Below are positions 29,008 to 37,225 of a stretch of 64,000 nucleotides of DNA, one piece after another. Location of the stretch: positions 32,001 through 96,000 of the forward strand of contig JAZDCZ010000243.1 of the NCBI GenBank assembly GCA_036679605.1, read 5' to 3'. The stretch is from Gemmatimonadota bacterium. GTDB taxonomy: Bacteria; Gemmatimonadota; Gemmatimonadetes; Gemmatimonadales; GWC2-71-9. A program made the position numbers and the translations under genes. The notes below the pieces were generated by a model. It saw only the letters and a program-made list of their open reading frames with translations, had not been told where the DNA came from and searched no databases. Each line of letters begins with the position of its first letter. Position 1 is the first letter of the stretch.

Positions 29008-30911
29008 TTCTGCGTCCCTTTCTTCAGCTTGTCGCGCAGCACGCTCAGGATTTGGGCTGGTCTGAGTGGTTCGCCGGGGACTCTAGTCCAGCAGTCTACA
29101 TCGACCAGAGTGCTGGCGCGTAGCAGCCAAGTCAATTGGCCGCGGCGGCGGTTCTCGTCCGTAATGAACGGATCACCGGGGTCGTCGCTATAGTTGATCT
29201 CAATTGTGATTACTCTCTCAAACCGCGAGAATATTTCCTTCAATCCGGGCTGCAATGGCGACAAGAACGTCAAGTGCGTGGATGAGACCGACAATCCCTC
29301 TGCGCGGCCCCGGTCGATGGCCTCTTCGATGGCACCTTTGGTGCTTCCCCATCCCACGACCAGGAGGTCTCCCGATTCCTCTCCGTAGATCGGTGGTGCC
29401 TTGAGCGTCTGTCCGAACACGGCGAGTTTGCGGCTTCTCATAGCGCAGCCGCGCTGGTGAGCAACGGGGTCGTAAGCGACCTTGCTCGACTCGTCGTGCG
29501 AGAGGCCCGTAACCGTGTGCATGCCGTTGGGTTGGCCGGGAATGATGCGCTTTGAGAGACCGAGCTTGGGATCCCAATCGTACGGACGCGTGCCCTCAGA
29601 GACGGCACTCAGATCAGCCGGAGCGGCCAGCCATCTTTCGTCCAGTTCGGGCCGGCGAAAAGGTTGCACGCCGGTTGCCAGGTTGGCATCGGAAAGAACG
29701 ATGACCACGCACCGAAACGCTTCAGCAATTCTGCGCGCAGTAATCATTGAGTGGAAACAGTCCTCGATGGTAGCCGGCGCCATCACTATATGAGGTGCAT
29801 CGCCGGGCTGACCGAAGAGAGCGGCGAGTAGATCGGATTGTTCGACCTTGGTGGGGAGTCCAGTGCTGGGTCCCCCGCGCTGTACGTTTACCACCACGAG
29901 CGGCATCTCCGTCATGACAGCGAGTCCGAGATACTCGGTCTTGAGAGCGAGGCCCGGCCCGGACGTGATAGTGAACGCCACTTTGCCCGCGTACGATGCG
30001 CCGATGGCTACGCCGACAGCGGCGATCTCGTCTTCTGCCTGGTGAAGGATTCCGCCGAATTCCTCGAAGATCTCTCCCAGGTGGTGCGAGGCCGATGTCG
30101 CTGGGGTGATTGGGTACATGGCGCAGAGTTCCATGCCCGCTGCGACAGCTCCCATAGCGAGTGCCTGATTGCCGTTCATGACGACTTTGGATCCGTCGAG
30201 GTCAGAGGGAGGAACGTCGAATCGAAAATCGAGGTGCTCATCAGCCCATTTCATACCGAGTTCCATTAGCTCGATGTTACTGTCGCGCACCTCCTGAGAT
30301 TTCTTGCGAAATTGGTATGCAATTTGTTCTTGGCATTTTTCTGCGTCGCGCTGATAGATCCACACCAGGAGCCCAAGTGCGAACATGTTCTTGCCGTGAC
30401 GGGCGTTGTCTACAACGGTCAGGCATTGTTCTTCCATGGGAACTCGAATGATGCGGTACGAGCGCTGCGAGAGTTCCTCGATCGCTTCGTCCCACAGTTT
30501 CTTGCCATCCGCTTCGTCGACTGCCGCCCACATGTCCTCGATCAAAATGATGGCGTCATCCGCAAGCGCGTCCAGGCGATGCCTCGCAAGCAAGACTTGA
30601 TCGTTAAACGCAACGACTAGATTGGACTCGTCTCCCCAGTTGGTGACAGGTGCCGTTCCGATGCGGATGCGGTTTCCCGAAGCGCTCGTGGGCGCTCGTG
30701 GGGGAGGTTGGATTTCGGCAGGAATGATCTCGACCGTCCAGACACCGTTGCCCATCTTTGCCGACACGGCTCCGAAGATCTGTCCGCATTTCTGGGCACC
30801 CTCTCCCGAATCGGAGACTATCTCCACTGTGTGCTCAGATAGGTGCACTATGGGCGGAACGGTCACGGCGACTTCGGAAGTCGTATGTTGCGATGTGGCT
30901 GAAGAGGTCAT
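29004..30911 (-). CDS. korA: 2-oxoacid:ferredoxin oxidoreductase alpha (gamma-alpha fused) subunit
   Basis: DSGEG, GNQALA.GA, YPITPAT, QAEDEIAA, TSGPGLALK.E, VQRGGPSTGLPTK.EQSDL, GWGST.G. Confidence 0.92.
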   Translation of the reverse strand: MTSSATSQHTTSEVAVTVPPIVHLSEHTVEIVSDSGEGAQKCGQIFGAVSAKMGNGVWTVEIIPAEIQPPPRAPTSASGNRIRIGTAPVTNWGDESNLVVAFNDQVLLARHRLDALADDAIILIEDMWAAVDEADGKKLWDEAIEELSQRSYRIIRVPMEEQCLTVVDNARHGKNMFALGLLVWIYQRDAEKCQEQIAYQFRKKSQEVRDSNIELMELGMKWADEHLDFRFDVPPSDLDGSKVVMNGNQALAMGAVAAGMELCAMYPITPATSASHHLGEIFEEFGGILHQAEDEIAAVGVAIGASYAGKVAFTITSGPGLALKTEYLGLAVMTEMPLVVVNVQRGGPSTGLPTKVEQSDLLAALFGQPGDAPHIVMAPATIEDCFHSMITARRIAEAFRCVVIVLSDANLATGVQPFRRPELDERWLAAPADLSAVSEGTRPYDWDPKLGLSKRIIPGQPNGMHTVTGLSHDESSKVAYDPVAHQRGCAMRSRKLAVFGQTLKAPPIYGEESGDLLVVGWGSTKGAIEEAIDRGRAEGLSVSSTHLTFLSPLQPGLKEIFSRFERVITIEINYSDDPGDPFITDENRRRGQLTWLLRASTLVDVDCWTRVPGEPLRPAQILSVLRDKLKKGTQK

Positions 30912-31153
30912 GGTCGGTCCCCGGGGCCCGCCGCGAGCGTTGATGTACTCGATGCAGGTCAGCGTATGTGTTCTGGTCTAATTCATTAATAGTTAAATCA
31001 TCTCAGCAGACGCTTTAAGGAAGATTGTATGAAGAGATCTTCACAAAGCGACAGATCTCGATACCTTGGAGACGACGGTTTTGACAAGGTGCCTCCATTG
31101 CAGGCCGTGCTACCTTGCCAGCAGCACGGCCGATGGAAAGGTTAGGAGGACTC

Positions 31154-32389
31154 ATGGTTGGATTTCGATCTCTGATCCGCTTCGTGGCTCTCAGTTCGAG
31201 CGTCGCCGTTGCTTCGTGCAGCGTGAGCGATTCTCCGTCCGTTACTACCACGACGCGCGACAGCGCCGGCATAACGATTGTCGAGAACAGTTCGTCGACG
31301 GGAGCCGGGCTACCCATCTGGCGTTTCGTCGAGCCCCCATCGGTGGAGATTGGCGTACTGGAGGGTGATCCTGCCTATCAATTGAACGGAGTAGTTGGTG
31401 CGATTCGTCTTACGGACGGTCGCATAGTAGTTGCCGACGGAGGTAGTAGAGAGATTCGTTTCTTCGGTGAATCGGGAAATCACTTGCTCACAGTTGGTGG
31501 AAGAGGGGAGGGGCCCGGAGAGTTTGCACGCCTCGCGTCGATAGACCGGTTGAATGGCGATACGCTTGTCGCGTCGGACTGGCCGATCGGTACGCGCAGC
31601 TGGTTCGACTCCAACGGACTCTTTCTGGATAAGACGCGCGTGGGTCCTTACTGGCCGGGGCTAATAGGGCACACATTGGTCGACGGGTCACTCTTGGTAG
31701 ACGTGTACGAGAGGAACTCGTACGGCAACGAGTTAGAGTGGTGGGCCGCACGTGGCCAGGAGGATCTGTTCCGGCCGAGCGGACAAATACTTCTGGTCTC
31801 GCGGACGGGCGATCGAGCAGACACCGTGCGCAGCGTAATAGGAGAAGAATGGTTCAAGATTGGCAAGTTGAGGCAGGGTCTCACCATTCATGCCCTCCCG
31901 TTTGCACGTACTACCAAAATTGCGTGGGCGAGCGATAACATATTCGTCGGTGAAACGGGGCATCCCGCAGTCGAAGTCTATGGGTTGGACGGCAGGCTAC
32001 TGAGACTAATCCGATGGGAGAGTTCTTCGGTCCCGGTGACAGCTCGAGATCGCAGCGATTTCAAGAGCGAGTTGCTGGGCTCCCTGCGGCGACCCAATAG
32101 GCGGCCCGGGTTTGAAAGATGGCTGGCAGCCGTGACCTATCCTGATACGAAACCCGCCTTTCGAGAACTGGCAACAGATCGCGCCGGCCGGTTGTGGGTC
32201 GCGAGCTGGCCGAAGGCGGGAACTGAGCGCGACAATTGGATTGTGTTTGCGTCAGATGGTCGAATGATTGCAACGGTCGATGCACCGGAGGGTCTCACGT
32301 TGATGGATATCGGCGACGACTACGTAGTGTCACTTTGGAAGGGCGAACTCGGCGTGGAGTATGTGCGAGTTCATGAGTTGGTGAAGTGA
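31154..32389 (+). CDS. 6-bladed beta-propeller (NHL-like) lipoprotein
   Basis: AGGAGG SD; lipobox VASC; RDSAGITIVEN, GG.GEGPGEF motif. Confidence 0.8.
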   Translation: MVGFRSLIRFVALSSSVAVASCSVSDSPSVTTTTRDSAGITIVENSSSTGAGLPIWRFVEPPSVEIGVLEGDPAYQLNGVVGAIRLTDGRIVVADGGSREIRFFGESGNHLLTVGGRGEGPGEFARLASIDRLNGDTLVASDWPIGTRSWFDSNGLFLDKTRVGPYWPGLIGHTLVDGSLLVDVYERNSYGNELEWWAARGQEDLFRPSGQILLVSRTGDRADTVRSVIGEEWFKIGKLRQGLTIHALPFARTTKIAWASDNIFVGETGHPAVEVYGLDGRLLRLIRWESSSVPVTARDRSDFKSELLGSLRRPNRRPGFERWLAAVTYPDTKPAFRELATDRAGRLWVASWPKAGTERDNWIVFASDGRMIATVDAPEGLTLMDIGDDYVVSLWKGELGVEYVRVHELVK

Positions 32390-32429
32390 GGAGATTTTAG
32401 CCACTGCATACCATAGGAATGGCCTTACC

Positions 32430-32846
32430 ATGACTACATCTATCAAGCCGGGCCTGTCCCATGAATTTTCGTATGTAGTACCCGAGAACAAGACCGTACC
32501 ACACCTGTTTCCGGAGGCAGCCGAGTTTCAGGTGATGCCGAGGGTTCTTGCGACGGGTTTCATGGTCGGGTTGGTAGAATGGACCTGTGTTCGGGCCCTA
32601 GCTCCACATTTGGAATCGGGGTCGGTCACAGTCGGAACCCACGTGAACCTGAGCCACTCGGCGGCGACGCCACCCGGCCTCACCGTCACCGTTCAAGTGC
32701 GATTGACGGAAGTCAAAGACAAGAAACTCACCTTTGGGGTTACGGCACACGATGGTGTGGACACGATCTGCACTGGAACGCACGACCGATTCATCGTCGA
32801 CGAGGCACGCTTCGCAGCAGGTATCGCCAAAAAGCGAATCGGCTGA
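32430..32846 (+). CDS. Hotdog-fold thioesterase (FlK-like)
   Basis: VLAT..MV.L.E..C, TVGT.V...H.AATP.G, G.H.RFIVD. Confidence 0.85.
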   Translation: MTTSIKPGLSHEFSYVVPENKTVPHLFPEAAEFQVMPRVLATGFMVGLVEWTCVRALAPHLESGSVTVGTHVNLSHSAATPPGLTVTVQVRLTEVKDKKLTFGVTAHDGVDTICTGTHDRFIVDEARFAAGIAKKRIG

Positions 32847-32889
32847 GGTTCCGATCCATCTTTGCTTTACAAATCATCCGGGAGTGTAC

Positions 32890-34254
32890 ATGGACCGCCG
32901 TAATTTCGTTCGTTTTTCTACCCGCCTGACCGGAGGGGCAGTCGCTGGATTTTCTGCACTACAGGCACTCGCATGTAACGGTCGAGTGGTTAGGCAGCCG
33001 GAGGGCGCAAGCGGAGAAGGCGGCTACGGTCCGCTGTTCGAGGCAGGTCCCGAACTAGCGCTGCCCGAGGGGTTCGAGTATCGAGTAATTGGAGTGGAGG
33101 GCGCTCAGATGTCGGATGGAAATGCGACACCGTCGATGCACGATGGTATGTGCTCTCTCCCGTTACCCAACGGCAATATCCGGCTGATCAGAAATCACGA
33201 GGTAGCGAATCGGCCAGCGGACGGAGCGGCGTTCGGTAGCCAGGACCAGGCATACGATCACCGGGCTGGTGGAGGCACGACGTCCTTGGAGATCGACCCC
33301 GCTACGCGTGAGGTGGTGCGCGACTTCGCGAGTCTGAATGGCACGTACCGCAACTGTGCCGGTGGTCCCACACCGTGGGGTTCGTGGCTGTCGTGCGAGG
33401 AGACATTTGCCGCGCCTGGTGACGGTTTCACCCAACTGCATGGCTATGTCTTCGATGTGCCGGGATCGTTAGAAGACACTCGGCCTGCGGTACCGCTGCG
33501 GTCGATGGGTCGCTTCGTTCACGAGGCGGTCGCAGTAGATCCCGCGACCGGGATCGTGTACGAGACCGAAGACAGCGGGCGCGCGGGGCTATATCGGTTT
33601 CTGCCCGACAGCCCGTATGTGAACGGAGAGGGCGGGGATCTCACAGCGGGCGGCACGTTGCAGATGCTGGCGGTCAGCGAACAACCCAACTACGACACAG
33701 CGACTGGTCAGACGGCAGGTGCGGTGCTTCCGGTCACCTGGGTGGACATTCCCGATCCCGATCCGACCGATACGGACAATTCGTCGGCCGTGTTCGAGCA
33801 GGGTTGGGAGTCAGGCGGCGCCCGTTTTAGCCGGCTGGAGGGTGCCTGGTACGGTAGCGGCAAAGTCTACGTCGTGTCGACGAGCGGTGGGGATGCTAGG
33901 CGGGGTCAGATATGGCAACTCGATCCGTCCGGTTCGGATGGTGGCGAGCTGACGCTCCTGTTCGAATCGCCAAGCGCTGCTGTGTTGGGTAACCCGGACA
34001 ACATATGTGTGAGTCCCCGCGGCGGTATCGTGCTGTGTGAAGACGGTTCGAACGATCCGCAGAAACTTCGCGGACTCACGCCCGATGGAGAGATCTTCGA
34101 CTTGGTTGCTAACATCGCGAACCCGCGAGAGGTGGCCGGAGCGACGTTCAGTCCGGACGGAGCAACTTTGTTCTTCAACGCTCAGGGTACGCCTGGGCAG
34201 ATTCTCGGGATGACGTTTGCGGTGTGGGGCCCGTGGGAACGTGGCGCACTGTGA
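32890..34254 (+). CDS. phoX: Alkaline phosphatase PhoX family (DUF839), Tat-exported
   Basis: MDRRNF Tat motif; HDGM, RNHE, NCAGG.TPWGSWLSCEE, GRF.HEA, Y.TED, R.EG, PDN, CEDG, E.AG.TFSPDG. Confidence 0.88.
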   Translation: MDRRNFVRFSTRLTGGAVAGFSALQALACNGRVVRQPEGASGEGGYGPLFEAGPELALPEGFEYRVIGVEGAQMSDGNATPSMHDGMCSLPLPNGNIRLIRNHEVANRPADGAAFGSQDQAYDHRAGGGTTSLEIDPATREVVRDFASLNGTYRNCAGGPTPWGSWLSCEETFAAPGDGFTQLHGYVFDVPGSLEDTRPAVPLRSMGRFVHEAVAVDPATGIVYETEDSGRAGLYRFLPDSPYVNGEGGDLTAGGTLQMLAVSEQPNYDTATGQTAGAVLPVTWVDIPDPDPTDTDNSSAVFEQGWESGGARFSRLEGAWYGSGKVYVVSTSGGDARRGQIWQLDPSGSDGGELTLLFESPSAAVLGNPDNICVSPRGGIVLCEDGSNDPQKLRGLTPDGEIFDLVANIANPREVAGATFSPDGATLFFNAQGTPGQILGMTFAVWGPWERGAL

Positions 34255-34323
34255 GAGTTGCTTCGGCGACGAACGGCCAGCCGAAGGTTTACTTGTCGGA
34301 ATACTCTCTTCACGGCTGGCGAC

Positions 34324-34683
34324 TCAGATGGTCCGAAGCTCCCGCAACGTCCGGTTGCTCTGAACGTTACCCGTGTTGACGGTCGACTTGGGCTCAAACA
34401 GGAGTACGTGAACTTCTTCCGCGGCCACCGGTTTGTGCTCCACGCAGCGCGGCACGATCAAGAACTCACCTTCGTCGAGCGTCACGTCTTTGTCGCGGAA
34501 CTTGATGAGCAACCGACCCTTGACCACCAAGAACAGTTCGTCTTCGTCGTCATGGCTGTGCCATACAAACTCGCCTTGGAGCTTGGTCAGTTTGACGTAT
34601 TGGCCATTCAGTTCACCGACGATTCGTGGATTCCACTGGTCGTTGAACAGCGCCAACTTTTCCTTGATGGATACCTTTTCCAT
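34324..34683 (-). CDS. Cupin domain protein
   Basis: W.PRIVGELNGQ.VK..K.QGEFVWH.H..EDELF...GE...VPR.VEH.P. Confidence 0.88.
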   Translation of the reverse strand: MEKVSIKEKLALFNDQWNPRIVGELNGQYVKLTKLQGEFVWHSHDDEDELFLVVKGRLLIKFRDKDVTLDEGEFLIVPRCVEHKPVAAEEVHVLLFEPKSTVNTGNVQSNRTLRELRTI

Positions 34684-34746
34684 ACGTGTAACCTCATTGT
34701 TTGCAGACACTCGGCCTAACCACCGCTAAAGCCGCAGCCCGACGGG

Positions 34747-35208
34747 TCAACCTCGCAAGCGTTTGATTTCCTCGAGCACTTCGATATCTGCCGCGTCCTG
34801 CAGGCGTCCCGTTCGCTTAGACGCGATCAGGTGATCGATAGAGGCAGTTGGAATTCCCACCCCCTCCAGCTCGAACGTTGTCGCCTCGCGGATTGCTTCG
34901 GGGAAATGAATGTTCCATGCGACGGTCATGATATCAACTTTTGGTATGTCACCGATCACTGTAATGAGTCTGTTAGCAATCTCTTCAGCCAGCCACTCCT
35001 TGGCCAGTCCAAACCCTAGTTCGCCGAGCGCGCTCAATACGCACCTTGCGTTCTCGACAGTCGCTTCGATCAGGATATCTATGTCACGCGTCGCCCTTGT
35101 AATGCCCCACAATTGCATGGCCGAGGCGCCGATCAGGACATACTTGGCGTGGTGCAAGTTGAGCGCGGAGCAGACCTGCGCAAGCCGGGTCTCGTAGCGA
35201 TCTGTCAC
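34747..35208 (-). CDS. Pol-beta-superfamily nucleotidyltransferase (DUF6036/AbiEii-like)
   Basis: YVLIGASA...G..RATRDIDIL (GS/DxD motif), LIASK.TGR.QD.AD. Confidence 0.8.
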   Translation of the reverse strand: MTDRYETRLAQVCSALNLHHAKYVLIGASAMQLWGITRATRDIDILIEATVENARCVLSALGELGFGLAKEWLAEEIANRLITVIGDIPKVDIMTVAWNIHFPEAIREATTFELEGVGIPTASIDHLIASKRTGRLQDAADIEVLEEIKRLRG

Positions 35209-35603
35209 GGCGTCAGCCGCTCGCGCCGATCCCAGGCCAAATAGTCCTCGTAACTGTCGAATGTTAGTACCCGATTGGTTGGGCCCGGCGGTCTCCGCAG
35301 CTCCGCTACGCGGGCGGTCCGCTCTGCCTCTTTGACTCGTTGCTCCGGCGTAAGACGCAGATCGGCCTCGAGCTGGGCACGACGATATAGCCCAAGCCCT
35401 GGCCTCGGATTCACATCGTAAGGATTGACGGTCGTCTCCTTCACTAGAGTCTGGTCCCGCCCCTGGGTAAGGGGCTGCGCCAAATACCGGCGCAGAGCTT
35501 CAACTACCAGCCAGCTGCGCGACCGGTCGAGCGCAAGCGCCCGCTCATCGGCCTGACTTACGACAGACTCGGGAATCGTGATCGAGATACGTTTGAGTGC
35601 CAT
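35205..35603 (-). CDS. Ribbon-helix-helix (CopG-like) protein, putative antitoxin/regulator
   Basis: KRISITIPE..V..AD..A...DRSRSWLV.EALRRYL; GTGA overlap with the NTase gene. Confidence 0.8.
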   Translation of the reverse strand: MALKRISITIPESVVSQADERALALDRSRSWLVVEALRRYLAQPLTQGRDQTLVKETTVNPYDVNPRPGLGLYRRAQLEADLRLTPEQRVKEAERTARVAELRRPPGPTNRVLTFDSYEDYLAWDRRERLTP

Positions 35604-35656
35604 AGTATGAGCAAGTATTACTCTTGCATACTAACGTCCCGGTAGGTTTGTGGCAA
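35604..35656 (-). promoter_or_regulatory. Promoter and inverted-repeat operator of the RHH-NTase pair
   Basis: Minus strand TTGCCA-N17-TAGTAT; inverted repeats AGTATG/CATACT (35604-09, 35627-32) and GCAAG/CTTGC between the -10 and the ATG. Confidence 0.7.
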
Positions 35657-35746
35657 GGTGCCGTCACGGTTCCAGCGGGGCGCCCGAAGTTCTCGGACCG
35701 AACCCAGACAGATTATCTTGGATGTCCGAAACGTCTAGGAGTGCTC

Positions 35747-36283
35747 ATGCCCACAACTCGATCGATTCTATTCATTTCCGTTGTCCTGTCGTTGATCGCC
35801 GTTCCAACGTGGGCCCAGAGTTCACCGACTGACTACCGCGACGAGTTCCTGGAGCACTTCAATCGATCCACCCGCAAACTAGAGATGCTTTCGAAGGCCG
35901 TGCCCGAAGAACTGTATGAGTGGAGCCCGGGCGAGGGAGTCATGTCTATCGCTAGGGTCTACGCCCACCTCGCGCGCTACAACTACCTGTATCTCGAAGA
36001 GAACCTCGGCATCCCTGCACCATCCGGCATCGATTGGGCCAACTTCGAGTCGATCACTGACAAGGCGACGGTGGTGGAGCTGCTAGGGAAGTCGATTGAG
36101 CACGTCAAGCGCTCGACCGGGCAGATGACAGAGTCTGACCTCACGCGACCGACGGTTCTGTACGGGCGTCGGGTCGCTGGATGGGCTGTCCTGTTTCAGC
36201 TACTGGCACACATGAACGAGCACACGGGACAATCAGTCGCCTATGCCCGGATGAACGGCATCGTTCCGCCCTGGTCGAGGTAA
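35747..36283 (+). CDS. Secreted DinB family protein
   Basis: Signal peptide; W.P..GV.S....AH; H..EH.GQ..AYAR.NGIVPPW. Confidence 0.85.
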   Translation: MPTTRSILFISVVLSLIAVPTWAQSSPTDYRDEFLEHFNRSTRKLEMLSKAVPEELYEWSPGEGVMSIARVYAHLARYNYLYLEENLGIPAPSGIDWANFESITDKATVVELLGKSIEHVKRSTGQMTESDLTRPTVLYGRRVAGWAVLFQLLAHMNEHTGQSVAYARMNGIVPPWSR

Positions 36284-36295
36284 CTCAAGCACACG

Positions 36296-36604
36296 ATGGA
36301 CACTCGCTTCGAGGCAGGGATTCAGCGGTTGCGCGAGGCGGTTCTCACGGGACCGGGGATGCTTGATCGTGACTTGCGTGCGGCGGCGTACCAAGCACTC
36401 GATAACCCGGGGCCGCTAGCGGTGTACGTCAAACAGATAGCCTCGCAGGCCTATAAAGTGACCGACGACCACGTCTTGGCGTTGCGCAACGCGGGCTTCA
36501 GCGAGGACCAGATTTTTGAGGCCACCGTGTGTGCGGCGGTAGGGGCGGGTCTGGCGCGACTGGAACGAGGTTTGGATGCCTTGAAAAGTGCAGAGCGAGC
36601 ATGA
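36296..36604 (+). CDS. Small AhpD/CMD-like helical protein lacking CxxC
   Basis: Y..Q.A..AYKVTD..V.ALR.AG.SEDQIFE..V.AA.GAG; ATGA-coupled to the next gene. Confidence 0.7.
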   Translation: MDTRFEAGIQRLREAVLTGPGMLDRDLRAAAYQALDNPGPLAVYVKQIASQAYKVTDDHVLALRNAGFSEDQIFEATVCAAVGAGLARLERGLDALKSAERA

Positions 36605-37185
36605 GACTGGCCTGCCTGGAACGTGGCCATCGGTTCAAAGAGAAGCTCATACTCTGGATGGCCTGGCTCATGATGCGCTCCGAAGTCCCCGATATTGCCA
36701 AGACACTGCTGTACCGCCCGGATTTTTTCGGGAAGCCCTTCGGCGATTTGGTTCAAAAGCTACTGCGTGGTCCGTCGGAGTGGAGCGTGGGCGAACGGGA
36801 ACTCTTCGCCGCCTATACATCGAAGCTCAACCAGTGCGTGTTCTGAACTGGATCCCACGGCGCGGTCGCGTCGGTGGAGCTAGGTCAAGATCTAACTCAG
36901 GCAGTACTCGCTGATCCGGCTTCTGCACCTATTGACGATCGTCTGCGCACGACGCTTGGCTTGCTGAAGAAACTGACTCTCTCCCCAGACCAAGTGGGAC
37001 CGGCGGATGTGGATACCGTACGTCAGTCTGGGGTGAGTGTAGAGGCAATCAGCGATGCGATCCACATATGTGCTCTATTCAACATCATCGATCGCGTTGC
37101 CGACTCCATGCAATTCCGGATCCCCTCGCAACAAGAGTTTGCCCGTGGTGCCAACCTTGTGCTCAAGTGGGGCTACAAGCTATGA
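36601..37185 (+). CDS. AhpD/carboxymuconolactone-decarboxylase-like peroxidase, selenoprotein (CxxU, Sec82)
   Basis: Track ORFs 36529..36846 and 36874..37185 are in the same frame, joined through TGA 36844-46: ERELFAAYTSKLNQCVF-U-TGSH (family motif N.C.FC...H). Confidence 0.85.
36844..36878 (+). promoter_or_regulatory. Bacterial SECIS element
   Basis: UGA-ACUGGAUC-CCAC-GGCGC-[GGUC]-GCGUC-G-GUGG; GGUC loop begins 18 nt after UGA, as in fdhF-type SECIS. Confidence 0.8.
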
Positions 37186-37225
37186 CCACACCGTGAGCTA
37201 CCCCAAACCTAGAGGTCGAAAACAG

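Noticed and set aside
34258..34719. 153-aa plus-strand ORF
   Set aside because: Shadow of the well-conserved cupin on the minus strand.
36874..37185. Independent 103-aa gene starting at GTG 36874
   Set aside because: No SD; it is the in-frame continuation of the Sec-containing gene, and the GTG lies within the SECIS stem.
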